Shown here piece by piece: positions 24,695-31,554 of a stretch of 33,620 nt of DNA. The position numbers were made by a program, and so were the translations under genes. Positions within the stretch are counted from its first letter, which is position 1. Every line of letters begins with the position of its first letter. The stretch lies in IMG/VR virus record IMGVR_UViG_3300043449_000866, positions 1-33,620 of that record, one strand, 5' to 3'. This stretch comes from a virus. The notes below the pieces were generated by a model. That model ran no database searches. It was not told the DNA's origin and saw nothing but the letters and a program-made list of their open reading frames with translations.

Positions 24695-25141
24695 ATGAAT
24701 ACCATAATGCTTGGAGAAGGTCGGATAGAAACCCCTCTATCCACCCTTGGAGAACCTATGTCTAAAGAAAACAACATGGATAACTTTGACAGATTCTGGG
24801 AGACTTGGCCTAAATCATTTAGAAAAGGCGGTAAGTCTGCCTGTAGAGTGAAATGGAAGAAGTTTTACTGTGATACCTGTGCAGATCAGGTCATCAAACA
24901 TATTGAGTGGATGAAAACAACCGATGCTTGGAGAAAAGACGATGGTGCTTTCATTCCCGCACCTTTGGTCTATCTGAATCAACAGAGATGGGATGGGGCT
25001 GAGATTCCTGAATCGTTCGGGATCAAAAAAGAAACTGGAATTGATCCTGCATTGGCAAAGATTGAGGCTGACAACAAAAAAGCCGTTCCTATGCCTGAAC
25101 ACATTAGGCAAGCAATGGCTCAATTAAGGAGCAAAGCATGA
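24695..25141 (+). CDS. Conserved phage protein (148 aa), function unknown
   Basis: AGGAG lies 7 nt before the ATG at 24695. The motifs FDRFWETWPK...GGKSACRVKW and FIPAPLVYLNQQRWDG recur in phage early regions. ATGA-coupled to the next gene. Confidence 0.55.
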   Translation: MNTIMLGEGRIETPLSTLGEPMSKENNMDNFDRFWETWPKSFRKGGKSACRVKWKKFYCDTCADQVIKHIEWMKTTDAWRKDDGAFIPAPLVYLNQQRWDGAEIPESFGIKKETGIDPALAKIEADNKKAVPMPEHIRQAMAQLRSKA

Positions 25142-25878
25142 TCCACTATCACGGCTTGCCAATAACTCCATCTACAGCCGCTGTCAAAGCAATTGAAAAT
25201 GGTCATGCGTTTGTTTCGTTTGCTCACTCTGACCAGCTTTCAACAGCAATTGAGGTGTGTCAGTCTTTCGCCATAGATAATGGAGCATTCTCTGCCTGGC
25301 GATCTGGCAATCCAATCCAAGATTGGCAATCTTTCTACGATTGGTCACTTAATCTCAAAAAAGTACCTTCTTGCGACTTTGCAGTAATTCCTGACGTTAT
25401 TAATGGAACTGAAGCAGACAACGATGCTTTGCTGAAAGATTGCCCGCTGCCGACATGGTTTGGCGCACCAGTTTGGCATATGCATGAATCTTTAGAGAGA
25501 CTTGAACAACTTGCAAATACTTATGTTCGGGTCTGCATTGGTAGTTCTGGGGAGTTTTCTACAGTAGGAACGTCAAACTGGTGGGTCAAGATGAGTCAAG
25601 CCATGAGAGTCATTTGTGATGACATGGGAAGACCTGCTTGCAAACTGCATGGTTTAAGGATGCTAGACCCTGCAATCTTTACCAAATTACCATTTTCATC
25701 AGCAGATAGCACCAATATTGGCAGAAATGTTGGCATTGATGTGCATTGGAAGCATGGCAATTATTTACCTCCTACCAAAGAGGCAAGAGCGCAAGTCATG
25801 CGTTCTAGGATCGAGGCATTTAATGCACCTTCACAATGGAATTTTTATCAACCAATGGAGCAAGAAACACTTTTATGA
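25138..25878 (+). CDS. dpdA: DpdA-like (tRNA-guanine transglycosylase superfamily) DNA 7-deazaguanine transglycosylase, putative
   Basis: 246 aa with AIDNGAFSAW (compare the TGT DSGGFQ motif), VWHMHE, CIGSSGE, KLHGLRML and PFSSADSTN. Its context, next to a YhhQ-like precursor transporter, supports the call. Recognised by eye only. Confidence 0.55.
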   Translation: MIHYHGLPITPSTAAVKAIENGHAFVSFAHSDQLSTAIEVCQSFAIDNGAFSAWRSGNPIQDWQSFYDWSLNLKKVPSCDFAVIPDVINGTEADNDALLKDCPLPTWFGAPVWHMHESLERLEQLANTYVRVCIGSSGEFSTVGTSNWWVKMSQAMRVICDDMGRPACKLHGLRMLDPAIFTKLPFSSADSTNIGRNVGIDVHWKHGNYLPPTKEARAQVMRSRIEAFNAPSQWNFYQPMEQETLL

Positions 25879-26117
25879 ACAAATACACAACTAAGTTTAT
25901 TGCGTTATGCCCAATAAACAACAAACAAATAGTTTATCAATTGGAAATTAAACATTCTGAGCAAATAATGATTGAGAAAATCCTAGAAGAAGTAGGCAAA
26001 TACACATCAGCATTCCATGAGCGAATAGCAGATGAATTGTTTACATTGTTTGGTGGTGAGCAGACTTTGACTGCCAATCATCATGGCGTTGTTATTCAAA
26101 CAGAAAGAAAATTATGA
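25875..26117 (+). CDS. Small QueF-like single-domain protein (80 aa, possible T-fold), putative
   Basis: ATGA overlap with the dpdA-like stop. FIALCP...(29 aa)...FHERIADELF parallels the QueF pattern FTSLCP...FHEDCMN, though spaced 5 residues closer. The QueF NADPH motif is not evident. Confidence 0.35.
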   Translation: MNKYTTKFIALCPINNKQIVYQLEIKHSEQIMIEKILEEVGKYTSAFHERIADELFTLFGGEQTLTANHHGVVIQTERKL

Positions 26118-26596
26118 TTTTTGCTTTAATTGCTTATGCCGTGGCAATGATTGCCGCAAACCTTTTGGTGGCGACATTCGGCCCATCAGTAACTGCAATC
26201 AATGCCTTTTTACTAATTGGACTTGATCTGACTTTAAGAGATTGGCTTCATTTCAGGCTCAAAACTTGGCAAATGGGTGGCTTGATTGTTGGAACTGGCT
26301 TAATCACCTACGCTTTAAACCCTGCTTCGGGAATGATTGCAGTAGCTTCTGCGGTGTCATTCTTGGCGGCTTCCATAGTTGATTGGGCTATTTTTGTAAA
26401 AACCACAGGCTCATGGATTAAACGAGCAAATGTTTCAAATACTGCTGGTGCTGCCGTTGACTCGTTACTTTTCCCAACGATTGCATTTGGTGCTTTGATG
26501 CCTGAGATTGTTGCGCTTCAATTTGTAGCCAAGGTTTCAGGCGGTGCGGTTTGGTCTTATGTACTCGAAAAGAAACTAAAAAATGTCCCATTATGA
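26114..26596 (+). CDS. yhhQ: YhhQ/VUT-family (DUF165) membrane protein, putative preQ0/preQ1 transporter
   Basis: 160 aa and polytopic. FLLIGLDLTLRDWL, ASAVSFLAASIVDWAIF and SNTAGAAVDSLLFPTIAF parallel conserved YhhQ segments (ATDLTVR; ASFMAY..QILDV.VF; SN..D...FF.IAF). Confidence 0.7.
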   Translation: MIFALIAYAVAMIAANLLVATFGPSVTAINAFLLIGLDLTLRDWLHFRLKTWQMGGLIVGTGLITYALNPASGMIAVASAVSFLAASIVDWAIFVKTTGSWIKRANVSNTAGAAVDSLLFPTIAFGALMPEIVALQFVAKVSGGAVWSYVLEKKLKNVPL

Positions 26597-26690
26597 AGCC
26601 CACATCCTGTTAGACAAAGTAAAAGAGGGAGTCCCCTTTCCGCTTCATCTGATAAACCAAGCACTGGAGCTTACTGGTGATCTGGAGTAG
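26583..26690 (+). CDS. 35-aa conserved-looking micro-protein, not in the track
   Basis: Encodes MSHYEAHILLDKVKEGVPFPLHLINQALELTGDLE. The ...LL..V..G....I..AL..TGDL pattern is seen in small phage proteins. No clear SD. Confidence 0.35.
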   Translation: MSHYEAHILLDKVKEGVPFPLHLINQALELTGDLE

Positions 26691-26889
26691 GCGCAATAAA
26701 GAAAACCCTGGTGACAGAGTAATCCTCGAACAAGCAGAGGCAAGGGAACTCTACCGCACTTGGGAAACAAACAAAGATAGAGACTTTGTGCGTGGCAGAT
26801 TGGAGAGAGCCGAAAGAATCTATGGTACGGGTGCTAGAGACAGAATCCGAGAGTTTATGAACAGAATTAAAGATGGGACACTTCTATGA
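26677..26889 (+). CDS. Hypothetical Arg-rich protein (70 aa)
   Basis: ORF with a GTG start, ATGA-coupled to rusA. Confidence 0.45.
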   Translation: MIWSRRNKENPGDRVILEQAEARELYRTWETNKDRDFVRGRLERAERIYGTGARDRIREFMNRIKDGTLL

Positions 26890-27314
26890 GCTTCATGGTG
26901 ACTTTTATGGTTGAAGGAACACCAGTACCCAAGGGCAGACCAAGGTTTGCTAGAAGGGGCAAATTTGTATCAACTTACAGTCCTAAGACTACTGTTGACT
27001 ACGAAACCAAGGTCAGCGAGGCGGCACAAGTGGCAATGGGTAGTAGCGAACCCCTTGAAACCCCTGTGGGAGCGTACATCTACATCACATTGCCGATTCC
27101 CGCCAGTTACAGTAAAAAGCGAACGCAAGCCTGTTTATCAGGAGAGGAACGCCCAATAAAGAAAAGCGACATAGACAATTATTGCAAAGCGGTATTTGAT
27201 GGGATGAACGGGATTGTTTTCCTAGATGACAGTCAGATTGTTTCACTGCATTCAACAAAGGTCTACGGGACTGTTGGCATGGTTGAAGTAATGGTGAAAG
27301 AAGAGCTTATCTAA
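26886..27314 (+). CDS. rusA: RusA-family Holliday junction resolvase
   Basis: GTPVPKGRPRFARRG...YSPKTTVDYE...KKSDIDNYCKAVFDGMNGIVFLDDSQIVSLHSTKVY matches the RusA signature. Confidence 0.85.
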   Translation: MSFMVTFMVEGTPVPKGRPRFARRGKFVSTYSPKTTVDYETKVSEAAQVAMGSSEPLETPVGAYIYITLPIPASYSKKRTQACLSGEERPIKKSDIDNYCKAVFDGMNGIVFLDDSQIVSLHSTKVYGTVGMVEVMVKEELI

Positions 27315-27381
27315 GGGTAAATCCCTATTCAAAACATTCCAAAACAGGAATAACATTTAATTTTTAACAAGGGTGAATATT

Positions 27382-27615
27382 ATGAACACATGGGAATTTG
27401 ACACAACAGTAGGTGCGGGTAGCGAAGTGGTTACTATCATTTATGAGTACGAGCAAGACCTAGATTCCACCTTCAATGAGTCCGTACGGGAAGTTTGGTT
27501 CGAGGGGCGTAATTGCATCGGGTTGCTGAGTGACGAGGCTTTTAAAGAACTAGAGTGCGAGGCAGCAATGCGTTTTCAGCACCATAAACTCAACTACAAG
27601 ATGGAAGATGTATGA
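27382..27615 (+). CDS. Hypothetical acidic protein (77 aa)
   Basis: AAGGGTG RBS and ATG at 27382. Confidence 0.5.
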   Translation: MNTWEFDTTVGAGSEVVTIIYEYEQDLDSTFNESVREVWFEGRNCIGLLSDEAFKELECEAAMRFQHHKLNYKMEDV

Positions 27616-27818
27616 CACAAGATGAGGTTTTATCTGCATTGCACAAAGTAGTGGCAGAAAATAATCAATACACAACATGGACTGTATCAACACCGCACTT
27701 GGTCGCCTTGGTCAACTTAGCCATTGATCGGGAGCGTGAAGCGTGTGCAAAAGAGGCAGAAACAACTTTTTATTCAATCCAAGCTGCCAAAAAAATCCGA
27801 GCAAGGGAGGATGTATGA
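27612..27818 (+). CDS. Small protein, paralog 1 of the ERE.CAK...IR.R family
   Basis: LVALVNLAIDREREACAKEAE...IQAAKKIRARE; ATGA coupling. Confidence 0.55.
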   Translation: MTQDEVLSALHKVVAENNQYTTWTVSTPHLVALVNLAIDREREACAKEAETTFYSIQAAKKIRAREDV

Positions 27819-28051
27819 AGCTAAATGAACTCGAAAAGATGGCGCAACAGACTGCCGCCTTTGGTGTTCATCCAAGTGGTGAATACATTTATTCGTTTTA
27901 CACTGAGCAACTACAAGCCTTTGCCAAACTGGTAACAGAATACGAACGTGAGCAATGCAAGAAACTTTGCACATGGAAAACAGGAAACAAATTTGTAGAT
28001 GAAGCGGTTGCTGTTTGCTATCGGGCAATAGACCAAAGGGGGCAAGCATGA
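27815..28051 (+). CDS. Small protein, paralog 2
   Basis: ATG at 27815. LQAFAKLVTEYEREQCKKLC...AVAVCYRAIDQRG. Confidence 0.55.
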   Translation: MKLNELEKMAQQTAAFGVHPSGEYIYSFYTEQLQAFAKLVTEYEREQCKKLCTWKTGNKFVDEAVAVCYRAIDQRGQA

Positions 28052-28290
28052 CCAAAGACGACATTATTAAGTTGGCAATAGAACACACTGTAAGCGGTTT
28101 AAAGTTTGATGAAGATGGGCTTGTGCGCTTTGCTATTCTAGTTGCTAAACAACAGAGAGAGGAAGACGCAAAGCTGGTCGAAAGCATGACCCTAGAGTGG
28201 CCCGATCAACCTGAATTTGCCCAAGTAGAGAGAACAACCATTCAAGATTGCGCCACAATTATCCGACAAAGGGTCGTTACCTATGATTGA
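28048..28290 (+). CDS. Small protein, paralog 3
   Basis: ATG at 28048. LVRFAILVAKQQREEDAKLVE...IQDCATIIRQR. Confidence 0.55.
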   Translation: MTKDDIIKLAIEHTVSGLKFDEDGLVRFAILVAKQQREEDAKLVESMTLEWPDQPEFAQVERTTIQDCATIIRQRVVTYD

Positions 28291-28447
28291 ACAAAAGAAA
28301 GACGCATCAGGCAGCCCGCCTTATTACGTTTGTACCAACTGCAAATGGGCTTTTCAGGCTTTGCAAGAGGCTAACGAGCATGGTAGGCGATGCGGGAGAG
28401 ATGAACTAGCCCCAACTTACCGACGCTATGAAGGGTTTATCAAATGA
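28283..28447 (+). CDS. 54-aa zinc-finger-like protein, not in the track
   Basis: Encodes MIEQKKDASGSPPYYVCTNCKWAFQALQEANEHGRRCGRDELAPTYRRYEGFIK (C..C...H...C). Overlaps both neighbours at start and stop. Confidence 0.45.
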   Translation: MIEQKKDASGSPPYYVCTNCKWAFQALQEANEHGRRCGRDELAPTYRRYEGFIK

Positions 28448-28767
28448 ACGAACCTACACTTGCGATAGAGTTCATCATAAAAACAGCCCCTTTGTACGCC
28501 AAGGCTAAATCTGATCGTATGTACTTAGAAGAATTCAGGCGATCAAAACACGCACAACTGAAAAGCCTTGCAGGGACTGAAGTGCTTGGAAAACAGGACA
28601 CATTTGCTTATGCTCACCCTGAATATGTGGAAATACTCGAAGGCATCAGGGCAGCCGTTGAAATAGAAGAACGCTATCGCTGGCTAATGACAGCCGCCCA
28701 AGCTAAGGTCGAGTGCTGGAGAACCGCCCAATATTCGGCACGCATGGAATTAAAGGCCACCACTTGA
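28444..28767 (+). CDS. Hypothetical helical protein (107 aa)
   Basis: ATGA coupling; helical, charged sequence. Confidence 0.55.
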   Translation: MNEPTLAIEFIIKTAPLYAKAKSDRMYLEEFRRSKHAQLKSLAGTEVLGKQDTFAYAHPEYVEILEGIRAAVEIEERYRWLMTAAQAKVECWRTAQYSARMELKATT

Positions 28768-29042
28768 ACAACAAATTAAGCGCAAAGCATAGATTACATA
28801 TTGGAAAAGTTAAACTATTGCCATGCTCAGTGTGTGACGCACATGGGCCAAGTGATGCCCACCATATCGAGCAAAAACTGCAATATTGCGTGATTGCTTT
28901 GTGCAGGGATTGCCACAATAATTGGCATGGTACTAAGGCGATATGGAGAGTAAGAAAAATGGATGAACTAGCAGCCCTTGACGTTACCATTCGCAGATTG
29001 ACGCAGGAAATGCCCCTAGAAGGCGATTTAAGCCCCTTTTAA
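28713..29042 (+). CDS. Ref-like (RecA-dependent) HNH-type nuclease, putative; start uncertain (GTG 28713 or TTG 28764)
   Basis: KHRLHIGKVKLLPCSVCDAHGPSDAHHIEQ...VIALCRDCHNNWHG follows the recombination-enhancement nuclease pattern C..C....HHI...iPLC..CH...H. Confidence 0.5.
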   Translation: MLENRPIFGTHGIKGHHLNNKLSAKHRLHIGKVKLLPCSVCDAHGPSDAHHIEQKLQYCVIALCRDCHNNWHGTKAIWRVRKMDELAALDVTIRRLTQEMPLEGDLSPF

Positions 29043-29090
29043 GCCGTTTTCAGGCAATAGGGAATAGCGTGATGAGGTAAAATGCCTTAA

Positions 29091-29549
29091 ATGGCAATTA
29101 AACGCACTTCAAAAGCACATAGAAATGAACTGCTCAAACTATATGGGCATAGATACGAACGCCATTGGAGTAGTAGGGCTGGCTGCTTTTATTGTGGTGA
29201 TAAGTGGTCAGAGCTAGATCATTGTCCGCCATTGTCGTGGTGCGATGCAAAAGACCTAAAATGGTTTAAAGAGAGAAAAATCGGGTTTTACCTTGCAAAC
29301 TCATGCAAGGACTGTAACCGAGCACTAGACAATAAGCCGTTTTTTACCCTTCAAGAACGTGCCGATTACATACGAAAACGCCTAGAAGCAAAATCAGAAA
29401 AAATTGTTTTGTGGAACAAGCAAGAAATTGCAGAAATGAGCGACCGATTTCAAAAGACCATAGAAGCACGACAAGCCTTGCAAAACATCATGCTAGAACG
29501 CCTATGGTTCGCTCAGGAACTGCAATTCAAGGCTGAGGACTTCCCATAG
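29091..29549 (+). CDS. HNH-motif protein (152 aa)
   Basis: CFYCGDKWSELDHCPPLS ... CKDCNRAL. It is the last gene of the rightward block. Confidence 0.55.
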   Translation: MAIKRTSKAHRNELLKLYGHRYERHWSSRAGCFYCGDKWSELDHCPPLSWCDAKDLKWFKERKIGFYLANSCKDCNRALDNKPFFTLQERADYIRKRLEAKSEKIVLWNKQEIAEMSDRFQKTIEARQALQNIMLERLWFAQELQFKAEDFP

Positions 29550-29606
29550 TACCGACTGGAAGGGTTTAGACGCTTAGAGCCTTAAATATAGGCTTTTTGT
29601 AGACGT

Positions 29607-29629
29607 AAAAAAACCCTCCGAAGAGGGCT
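29607..29629 (-). terminator. Rho-independent terminator for the leftward cassette
   Basis: The minus strand reads gccctc-ttcg-gagggt followed by TTTTTT. It lies 70 nt downstream of the last cassette gene. Confidence 0.65.
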
Positions 29630-29699
29630 TGAGGGTTTAGCGTTTCCCGCTAAGTATTCGCAGAATTAGGGCTATCGTCGCATATATCATTCAAGCCCC

Positions 29700-30347
29700 T
29701 TAAATTTGCTTTAACTTGATCACACGGGCCATTTTTTGGCCATGGGCAGGGTATGCAATCAACGGTACATCCTTAGACCAGCAAGCGCGGCAGCCGTTAC
29801 AGTTACCGCCGTGCGCGTAAGCTTCGCATAATTGAACCCCTTCACGCGCTTGAAATGTGGCCACATCGGGGCCAATAACCGAACCGTGCAGCCCTTCGAT
29901 GTATTCCCCTTGAATAGAATCACTGGAAAACCTGACCTTTACATTAGGCAAAGCTTCCATTTGTGCGAATACATGGGCAAATTTTGGGAATTTGTGCATA
30001 CGGGTAGGCAGCCAATGATTGCACCATGGGGTTCGGATCATCACTTCTAGGATTTTTTCAGCTAATCCAAGGGTATAAACGTCACCAGAATCGAACCAGC
30101 GGAAGTATCGATCTTGATCTAATTCGGCCACCATATCGGCCACCCAGTCTAAGCGCTGCCAATCTTCGCGGTTCGAGATTCTAGGGGCTTTCACATTAGG
30201 GTAATTGTAATTACCCGTAGTGGCATAGCAGCCCTTACATGCGTCGACCAATTCACCAGGCGCGGCCCAAGATCCAGGACACGTGTCTAAAGCTTGCAAG
30301 CTCCAAGATCTAGCATTTAATTTTGAAGTATTTGATATTTTGATCAT
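29700..30347 (-). CDS. Cys-rich GP88-like phage protein (215 aa), function unknown
   Basis: WSLQALDTCPG...ACKGCYATTGNYNYPNV, FRWFDSGDVY and a C-terminal CEAYAHGGNCNGCRACW cluster. AGGTG lies 6 nt before the ATG at 30347. Confidence 0.5.
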   Translation of the reverse strand: MIKISNTSKLNARSWSLQALDTCPGSWAAPGELVDACKGCYATTGNYNYPNVKAPRISNREDWQRLDWVADMVAELDQDRYFRWFDSGDVYTLGLAEKILEVMIRTPWCNHWLPTRMHKFPKFAHVFAQMEALPNVKVRFSSDSIQGEYIEGLHGSVIGPDVATFQAREGVQLCEAYAHGGNCNGCRACWSKDVPLIAYPAHGQKMARVIKLKQI

Positions 30348-30419
30348 TATTAACACCTATTTACAGTTAAAAAATACAATTCTAGGGGCATAAAACCCCT
30401 AGTAAATTAGTGAAAACCC

Positions 30420-30860
30420 TTAAGCTGCTTCAGTTTCAGCGCTTAGTTCTTTGCTTTCATTTAAAGCTTCAACGTATAAAGCGCACAATTGTGAAATTTC
30501 ACCTATATCAGCGTGTACGTTTTCGCTATAGCCATTGCAGCATTCAGCCCAAACCCCGTCAGCATCATCATGCATAAGGGTAATGGTTTGGTGCAATTTC
30601 CAGCGCTTATTCACCCCAGCAAGTGAGTGCAAAGCTTTTTTATAGTCTTTTAACGCGGGTTTGGTTTTAAGGTTTTCATTTTGACGGTTTACGGCTTTTT
30701 CGTAAGCAAATACCGGATCTATACCGTCTTTTACTTTTGCGTGTAATTTCCAGCCAAACCCGATATTTTTTAGAATTTTGCCGTCGCTAAAATAAGCTTT
30801 TACGCTAGTCAGCGCGGTAATTCGACCGATTTCTTGACCGTGTACGGATAATTTTGCCAT
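30420..30860 (-). CDS. Hypothetical protein (146 aa)
   Basis: AGGTG lies 6 nt before the ATG at 30860. No recognisable motif. Confidence 0.55.
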   Translation of the reverse strand: MAKLSVHGQEIGRITALTSVKAYFSDGKILKNIGFGWKLHAKVKDGIDPVFAYEKAVNRQNENLKTKPALKDYKKALHSLAGVNKRWKLHQTITLMHDDADGVWAECCNGYSENVHADIGEISQLCALYVEALNESKELSAETEAA

Positions 30861-30882
30861 TGTGAACACCTATTAAAAAAAA

Positions 30883-30981
30883 TTATTTAACCAAAACGTC
30901 GAAGTAAGACAGTAGGCCCATGCAAAGCATAAGACCGATTGCAATAGCCGTGAGATAGTCTAAAAAAGTGTTTTTCATCAT
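30883..30981 (-). CDS. 32-aa transmembrane micro-ORF, not in the track
   Basis: Encodes MMKNTFLDYLTAIAIGLMLCMGLLSYFDVLVK. ATGA overlap with the upstream 56-aa ORF. Confidence 0.4.
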   Translation of the reverse strand: MMKNTFLDYLTAIAIGLMLCMGLLSYFDVLVK

Positions 30982-31148
30982 GCGACCTTGATTGTGAAGC
31001 TGTCAGCCGTCAAGGTCTTATCCATAAAATAACCCTTGCGGACGTATTCAGGAGCTTTCCGGTCGATCCAATGCTGCGCGATATCGAGCGTGTCGCAAAT
31101 AGCGTGAACGGCTAACCGGTTTTGCTTTTCAATAACTAAAAATTTCAT
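30978..31148 (-). CDS. 56-aa hypothetical protein, not in the track
   Basis: Encodes MKFLVIEKQNRLAVHAICDTLDIAQHWIDRKAPEYVRKGYFMDKTLTADSFTIKVA. Starts 1 nt after the upstream stop. Confidence 0.45.
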   Translation of the reverse strand: MKFLVIEKQNRLAVHAICDTLDIAQHWIDRKAPEYVRKGYFMDKTLTADSFTIKVA

Positions 31149-31149
31149 T

Positions 31150-31419
31150 TTATACCCCAGCTTTATATTGTGAATAAGACCGGATAGGGCTTCGACGGTT
31201 AGTATGCTTAGTCTTAAGGGTTAAATTGATCCCGTTAGCGTCGCAAACCCGATAAAGTGTTCCAAGATCACAATCTTCTTCCAGGTAAGCACTATTACCG
31301 CGCATATAAGAGTAGTGGCTAATTTTATCGGCTATGCCAAGATTTTTTAGCGTGTCAATTTTGACGGAAACCCAGCCGTGACCTGGATCAGTGAAATATG
31401 AGAGAGATAAGCTTTTCAT
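31150..31419 (-). CDS. Conserved small phage protein (89 aa), first gene of the leftward cassette
   Basis: The motif YFTDPGHGWVSV...ISHYSYMRGNSAYLEEDCD recurs in phage hypothetical proteins. AGGTG lies 8 nt before the ATG at 31419. Confidence 0.6.
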   Translation of the reverse strand: MKSLSLSYFTDPGHGWVSVKIDTLKNLGIADKISHYSYMRGNSAYLEEDCDLGTLYRVCDANGINLTLKTKHTNRRSPIRSYSQYKAGV

Positions 31420-31554
31420 TTTATTTACACCTATTTAACCCTAGAACCCGCTAGGACGGTATAGATAGAGTAACGACAAAAAAATAAAAAAATATAGGGA
31501 TAAACCCTTAGATGATAGAATTATTTTAATTTAATTATTTGTAAGGTTAGGACA

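Noticed and set aside
29577-29599. Possible plus-strand terminator (gagcc-ttaaatata-ggctt-tttg) after the HNH gene
   Set aside because: The stem is only 4-5 bp with a 9-nt loop, too weak to call. The nearby strong hairpin at 29607-29629 has its T tract on the minus strand and was assigned to the leftward cassette.
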